Part shown: positions 49,114 to 53,317 of the stretch, piece after piece | How the letters are laid out: every line of letters begins with the position of its first letter | How positions within the stretch are numbered: the stretch's first letter is position 1 | Virus record (IMG/VR): IMGVR_UViG_3300029248_000010 | Location: 1 to 53,317 of that record | DNA: 53,317 nt | Origin: a virus | Direction: 5' to 3' (one strand) | Program-made: the position numbers and the translations under genes | The notes under the pieces: generated by a model | Database searches by the model: none | The model's input: only the letters and a program-made list of their open reading frames with translations | What the model was told of the DNA's origin: nothing

Positions 49114-49136
49114 ATCATGAACAAGGAGGAAAATCA

Positions 49137-49541
49137 ATGTTCAACAAGACTGGTATCAAGAAGACCACCGGTGCTGCACCTGTCCAGATTCTGTTTGACG
49201 TTCAGAATCAGGTCTCGGTCAGCATCGTGGTCGACGACGGTTATTCCGTCACCCGTGACGGTCGCAAGATCGTTCCCGCTGGCACTCCCCTGTCTGGCAG
49301 TCTGACGGCGCGTAACACTGCGTTTGTCAAGGCTGTAGACAACACGGCTGAGTCTGGTGCTTCCAATGGCAAGCCTGCTACGGGTGTGCTGCTGCATGAT
49401 GTTGATGTCACTGATGGTGACACCAATGGTACGCTGCTCATTTGGGGCTTCGTTGATCTGAACAAGATCGACGCTACCACGGCAGCGCTGCTTACGGCTA
49501 CTCGTCAGGGCGAAATGCCGTCCATCAAGTTCCTCAAGTAA
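49137..49541 (+). CDS. Putative head decoration protein
   Basis: 134 aa; RBS AAGGAGGA; small beta-rich protein immediately upstream of an E-like capsid gene (lambda D/E arrangement). Confidence 0.45.
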   Translation: MFNKTGIKKTTGAAPVQILFDVQNQVSVSIVVDDGYSVTRDGRKIVPAGTPLSGSLTARNTAFVKAVDNTAESGASNGKPATGVLLHDVDVTDGDTNGTLLIWGFVDLNKIDATTAALLTATRQGEMPSIKFLK

Positions 49542-49562
49542 GTAAGAAAGGAGAACTACACA

Positions 49563-50603
49563 ATGACTATTTTTGACCTCGTCAAGGCTCCTGAGCTCAC
49601 TGCTTACTGGGAAGAGCACACTCAGGACATGCCTCCCTACCTCGGTGAGGAGCTGTTCCCCGCCGACAAGAAACTCGGCCTGAAGCTCGACTGGATCAAG
49701 GGTGCGAACGGTCTGCCTGTTGTCCTCAAGCCCTCTGCGTTTGATGTGGGTGCTGTGCCCCGTCCGCGTATCGGCTTTGACAAGCTGGAGACCGAAATGC
49801 CCTTCTTCAAGGAGAGCACTTACATCGACGAAGAGCTCCGTCAGCAGCTCAACATGGTTCTCGAGACCGGCAATCAGGCATACATTGACTCTGTCATGAA
49901 CCGTGTCTTTGCCGACGAGATGCATCTGCTGGAGGGCGCTCGTGCCCGTCGTGAGCAGATGCGCATGATGGCTCTCACTACCGGCGCTATCGCTATCACT
50001 GCCAATGGTCAAGCGTACAGCTATGACTATGGCATCCCCTCTGCACACAAGTCTGAGGTTACGACGTCTTGGTCTGACGCTGCTTCTGATCCGATCGAGG
50101 ATATGCGTATCGCTATGGACAAGATCGAGGATGACACCGGCGTTCGCCCCACTCGCGGCGTCTGCACTCGTAAGACTTGGGGTTATCTCCGTGTCAACCA
50201 GAAGATCATCAAGTCCATCTTTGTCCTGTCCAACGGTCAGGTCACGGCGCTGTCTGACGCCCGCCTGAGCCAGTACCTCATGGACGAGCTCGGCCTGGAG
50301 CTCATTGTCTATGGTAAGCGCTACAAGAACGACGCCGGTACGGCGACTCAGTTCGTACCCGACGATGTTGTTACCCTGTTCCCCGAGGGTACTCTGGGTA
50401 ACACGTGGTTCGGTACTACCCCTGAGGAGTCCGACCTGATGGGTGGCAAGGTCGCCAACGTGTCCATCACCGATCTGGGTGTGGCTGTTACCACCATCCA
50501 GAAAGCTGACCCTGTCAACGTCGAGACCAAGGTCACGATGATCTGCCTGCCCTCCTTTGAGTCTGCTGACAGCGTCTATATCCTTGACGTAAAGAAGGGT
50601 TAA
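49563..50603 (+). CDS. Major capsid protein (lambda gpE-like family)
   Basis: 346 aa; RBS AAAGGAGA; N-terminal ...APELTAYWEE...LGEELFPADKKLGLKLDWIKG pattern recalled for the E-like family; position after scaffold. Confidence 0.8.
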   Translation: MTIFDLVKAPELTAYWEEHTQDMPPYLGEELFPADKKLGLKLDWIKGANGLPVVLKPSAFDVGAVPRPRIGFDKLETEMPFFKESTYIDEELRQQLNMVLETGNQAYIDSVMNRVFADEMHLLEGARARREQMRMMALTTGAIAITANGQAYSYDYGIPSAHKSEVTTSWSDAASDPIEDMRIAMDKIEDDTGVRPTRGVCTRKTWGYLRVNQKIIKSIFVLSNGQVTALSDARLSQYLMDELGLELIVYGKRYKNDAGTATQFVPDDVVTLFPEGTLGNTWFGTTPEESDLMGGKVANVSITDLGVAVTTIQKADPVNVETKVTMICLPSFESADSVYILDVKKG

Positions 50604-50616
50604 GGAGGCTACTGAG

Positions 50617-50994
50617 ATGATCCGCATTACGAATGGTCGTATTACCCTGGAAGTTTCCCAGAGCGCGTTTGAGACTATGTTCAAGCCCGCCGGATTCGTC
50701 CTCGAAGGATCCTCTTTGAGCCCCGAAGTCACTGGGGGTAGCAATACCCCTGATGACTTCAAACTGCCTCATCTGGGTCAGCAGGAGGACGAGGAAGAGG
50801 ACTCTGAGGAGCCTGATTCGGAAGAGCTTGAGGAGGACGAAGAGGAGCAGCCGGTTGACTATTCCGAAGTCCCTCTCAGTGAACTTGGCTATGATGAGCT
50901 TTGCGAGTATGCTGATCAGCTTGGTCTCAATCGCGAGGGTATCCGCTCCAAGAAGGAGCTGCGCGGTATCATCCGTGAGCATCTGAAGAATTAA
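50617..50994 (+). CDS. Hypothetical acidic protein with C-terminal Rho-N/HeH-like motif
   Basis: 125 aa; SELGYDELCEYADQLGLNREGIRSKKELRGIIREHL. Confidence 0.5.
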   Translation: MIRITNGRITLEVSQSAFETMFKPAGFVLEGSSLSPEVTGGSNTPDDFKLPHLGQQEDEEEDSEEPDSEELEEDEEEQPVDYSEVPLSELGYDELCEYADQLGLNREGIRSKKELRGIIREHLKN

Positions 50995-51004
50995 GGAGGC
51001 TTTT

Positions 51005-51262
51005 ATGAGCAGCCTTGAAGATCTGAAGATTGTACTGCGGGAAAGTGATATCCCGTTCTTCACGGATGAACAGCTGGAGTTCTATCTTAAAGAAAACGGC
51101 GGAGATTACAATCTCACAGCCTACCAATGTCTGCTCATTAAGGCTGAGAATACGGAGCTTCAGGTTTCTGGTCTGAGTGCTGGGGACAGCTCTAAATACT
51201 TCCGTCGTCTGGCTGCTCGATACAGGCCAAACAATTCCGGAGTACTCAAAGGAGGCGGTTAA
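51005..51262 (+). CDS. Putative head-tail connector protein
   Basis: 85 aa; RBS TAAGGAGG; position only. Confidence 0.4.
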   Translation: MSSLEDLKIVLRESDIPFFTDEQLEFYLKENGGDYNLTAYQCLLIKAENTELQVSGLSAGDSSKYFRRLAARYRPNNSGVLKGGG

Positions 51263-51263
51263 C

Positions 51264-51632
51264 TTGTACGCAAGCGCGTTTCAACTTAACAAAACTCGGC
51301 GAGCAATCAATACTCTGGGTGATTGGTTTGTGTTCAAGCGTGAGGGTGAGAATGAGTTCGGTGAACCCAACGATGTGGTCGTATCCACTGTAAGTTGTAA
51401 GGGGTTATATCACGAAACGACTTCTTATCTTCAAAAGAATGCCACTGATGGCTCTACAACCCGTAGAAAGCCCTCCCCGATGATCCTTTGTCTGTGGGAG
51501 AGTGCAAAACTCTTACAGCACAAGGATACTCTTACTTACAATGGTAAGAAGTATACCATCGGTGAGATCAAGAATCTGGCTGAGGCTAACATTATCGCTG
51601 ACATTTCCTTAGAGGAAGTGCAGGTGGGGTAA
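51264..51632 (+). CDS. Putative head-tail adaptor / head closure protein
   Basis: 122 aa from TTG 51264 (GGAGG 8 nt upstream); position only. Confidence 0.4.
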   Translation: MYASAFQLNKTRRAINTLGDWFVFKREGENEFGEPNDVVVSTVSCKGLYHETTSYLQKNATDGSTTRRKPSPMILCLWESAKLLQHKDTLTYNGKKYTIGEIKNLAEANIIADISLEEVQVG

Positions 51633-51633
51633 G

Positions 51634-51984
51634 ATGGCCTTCAAACTGGATGCAGAGGGCTTGCTCTCTGGTCTGATGGAATTTGAAAGCAGAGGAGACG
51701 CCGCTATCTGGGCTTATGCTGAGACTGCGGCTCTCCAGCTCCAAAACTATGCAAAGGAGCACCGACCCTGGACTGACCGTACAGGTCACGCTCGTCAGCG
51801 GCTGACCTGTGACGTTACAAAACAGTCCAGCGTCTACAAGCTAACTCTGTCCCATGGCGTGGATTACGGTATCTGGCTTGAGCTGGCTAATGAGAAACGG
51901 TTCGCTATCATTCAGCCGACAATCCTTGCCAACTCCAACGACATCATGTCAGGGTTTGAAAATCTCCTTGAAAGGTTGGGTTGA
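51634..51984 (+). CDS. HK97 gp10-like tail/neck component
   Basis: 116 aa; HRPWTDRTGHARQRL...GVDYGIWLEL matches the gp10-family pattern. Confidence 0.6.
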   Translation: MAFKLDAEGLLSGLMEFESRGDAAIWAYAETAALQLQNYAKEHRPWTDRTGHARQRLTCDVTKQSSVYKLTLSHGVDYGIWLELANEKRFAIIQPTILANSNDIMSGFENLLERLG

Positions 51985-52343
51985 CTATGGCACAGAGCCG
52001 TATCCAGGACATCTTCTTACACCTGAAGAAGTCTGGCTTCAAGGTGTATTATCCTACTCAGCATCAAGGGGAATGTACTGAGCCTTATGTTGTGGTTAAG
52101 GATGCAACTACCACGAAATATCTCAACTTTTCCAGTACCATCACTTACTATGACATCATGTGCTACGTCCCTAAGGATGCTTTTAGCACACTGGAACCTT
52201 TCCTTGAACAGGTAAAGGAAGCCATGAAAGGTCTTATCCCTATGATTAAGCCGACCTATACTCAGACCCAGTCGTTTTATGACGACACTATCAAGGGTCA
52301 CATGGTCAGTGTGCAGTACAAAAATTACAGACAAATCATTTAA
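51981..52343 (+). CDS. Putative tail completion / terminator protein
   Basis: 120 aa (or ATG 51987); position before major tail gene. Confidence 0.45.
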   Translation: MTMAQSRIQDIFLHLKKSGFKVYYPTQHQGECTEPYVVVKDATTTKYLNFSSTITYYDIMCYVPKDAFSTLEPFLEQVKEAMKGLIPMIKPTYTQTQSFYDDTIKGHMVSVQYKNYRQII

Positions 52344-52357
52344 CAAGGAGGTACAAT

Positions 52358-52957
52358 ATGACTCTCAAGAAAGGTCATGAGATCCCTACGATTGACGTGT
52401 CCCTTGTGACAATCAAGAGTAAGGCAAGCAACGGCGCTGAGATTGGCTTGAACACTTCCTCCAAGATCGCTGTCAGTCCTCAGACGGACACTCAGGACGC
52501 GGTCAAGTTGGTGGTAAAGGGTGTTCTCCTCGCTCAGAAGCCTACCACTACGACCCTCACTGGCAACACAATCACCCTCACGGACAATGTCTTCAATCCT
52601 GAGGTTGTTAAGATTCTTCAGGGCGGTACAGTCAAGTACTGGACTACCAGTGAGAAGACTACTGAGGGTGAAACTGATGCTGGCTTTGGTGTCAGCTCTT
52701 ACACGCCGCCTGTTGCAGGCTCTAAGGATAAGGGCGAGGTCTTTGTCCTGTGTGCCTATTCGGCGATTTACAATGCCGCTGGTCTCTGCACGGGCTACGA
52801 GAAGATCGAATACCCGAACTGTCAGGGTACACCTGTCGCACTCAGCAGTGAGGACAACGTATTCCGTGCCCCGGAGTACACCATCAATTCTGCCCCCAAC
52901 ACTGGTGAAGCCCCCTATAAGATCTCCTACGTGGAAGAACTCCCGAGTGTTTCGTAA
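52358..52957 (+). CDS. Major tail protein (non-contractile tail tube)
   Basis: 199 aa; RBS AAGGAGGT; beta-rich, immediately upstream of the chaperone pair and TMP. Confidence 0.7.
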   Translation: MTLKKGHEIPTIDVSLVTIKSKASNGAEIGLNTSSKIAVSPQTDTQDAVKLVVKGVLLAQKPTTTTLTGNTITLTDNVFNPEVVKILQGGTVKYWTTSEKTTEGETDAGFGVSSYTPPVAGSKDKGEVFVLCAYSAIYNAAGLCTGYEKIEYPNCQGTPVALSSEDNVFRAPEYTINSAPNTGEAPYKISYVEELPSVS

Positions 52958-52983
52958 AGGCTACAAGTACAAGGAGGATTATC

Positions 52984-53317
52984 ATGAACGAAATTACAAG
53001 CATTGAGCAGCTCGCTCAGTACTCTATGGGTCAGGTGGTTCAATTCCCTGATTTTGCCGAGGGTCAGCCTTTTGTGGCACGCATTAAGCGTCCCTCTATG
53101 CTTGTCCTTGCTAAGACTGGACAAATCCCGAATGCCCTGCTTACCAAGGCAAACAGTCTATTTGTGGGTAAGGGCATCAATGATAAGGATACAGGTGCTA
53201 TGAAGGATCTCTTCAAGATCCTCGATGTCATCTGCGAGGCTTGCTTCGTTGAGCCTACTTATCAGCAGATCAAGGAGTCCGGCATTGAACTGACCGATGA
53301 GCAGCTCATGTTCATCT
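52984..53317 (+). CDS. Tail assembly chaperone, N-terminal part (continues across the junction to 204-206)
   Basis: RBS AAGGAGGA; MNEITSIEQLAQYSMGQVVQFPDFAEGQPFVARIKRPSMLVLAKTGQIPNALL...; full gene is 146 aa when joined with 1-206. Confidence 0.8.
   Translation, partial: MNEITSIEQLAQYSMGQVVQFPDFAEGQPFVARIKRPSMLVLAKTGQIPNALLTKANSLFVGKGINDKDTGAMKDLFKILDVICEACFVEPTYQQIKESGIELTDEQLMFI
53219..53317. repeat. Terminal overlap, exact copy of 1-99
   Basis: See feature 1-99. Confidence 0.95.

Noticed and set aside
49134-50762. 542-aa ORF on the - strand
   Set aside because: It is antisense to the decoration and major capsid genes. It has no RBS and an Arg/Leu/Val-rich shadow composition, whereas the + strand genes have strong RBSs and recognisable capsid features.
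1-53317. Lysogeny module (integrase, excisionase, CI/Cro switch) or prophage att sites
   Set aside because: No tyrosine or serine recombinase motifs and no repressor-like HTH pair were found on either strand. The only repeat at the ends is the 99-nt assembly overlap.

Overview
The window is a complete, circularly closed dsDNA phage genome. Bases 1-99 are identical to 53219-53317, so the unique length is 53,218 bp. The virion module looks like a long non-contractile tail phage (tape measure and major tail protein, no sheath gene). No integrase, recombinase or CI-like repressor is visible, so the phage is probably virulent. The host is inferred to be a Firmicutes/Clostridia-type bacterium, based on sigma-A-like promoters, strong GGAGG ribosome-binding sites, and homologues of Spo0A, RemA and SleB plus an SLH-like repeat. 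The genome has two arms. The + strand late arm runs from 40352 through the junction to about 14213. It encodes terS, terL, portal, a MuF-like head protein fused to an ADP-ribosyltransferase, an ADP-ribosylglycohydrolase, scaffold, decoration protein and a lambda-E-like capsid. These are followed by connectors, major tail, tail chaperone, tape measure, tail tip and fibre genes, endolysin and holin candidates, a sigma region-4-like regulator and an accessory island. The - strand early/middle arm runs from 39210 down to 14357. It encodes host-interaction genes (orphan NrdG, receiver-less Spo0A C-domain, RemA) and replication genes (primase-helicase, family A polymerase, SNF2 helicase, VRR-NUC, Sak4-like ATPase, SSB-like protein, Cas4-like nuclease). 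The most interesting content is an unusually rich nucleotide/DNA-modification gene set on the - strand arm. It comprises a T4 gp42-like hydroxymethylase with the cytosine-type Asp, DUF1599, a radical-SAM/SPASM enzyme, a MazG-like NTPase, dCMP deaminase, a GT-A glycosyltransferase, an HhH-containing 336-aa enzyme, an HD hydrolase, a HAD phosphatase and a divergent C5-MTase-like protein. Together these suggest a DNA hypermodification pathway that does not match the T4 paradigm. Other notable items: the virion-linked ART plus ARH writer/eraser pair; the sporulation/biofilm regulator mimics; a spore-surface-like accessory island; and a GC-rich mosaic receptor-binding block. Also notable are a repeat-dense 1.1-kb divergent control region (candidate origin), a phage-specific promoter family with a shared palindromic operator, a non-canonical (+1/-2 frame) tail chaperone extension, and a nuclease gene with no canonical start codon. 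All functional calls rest on motif recognition by eye and gene context. No database search was run.
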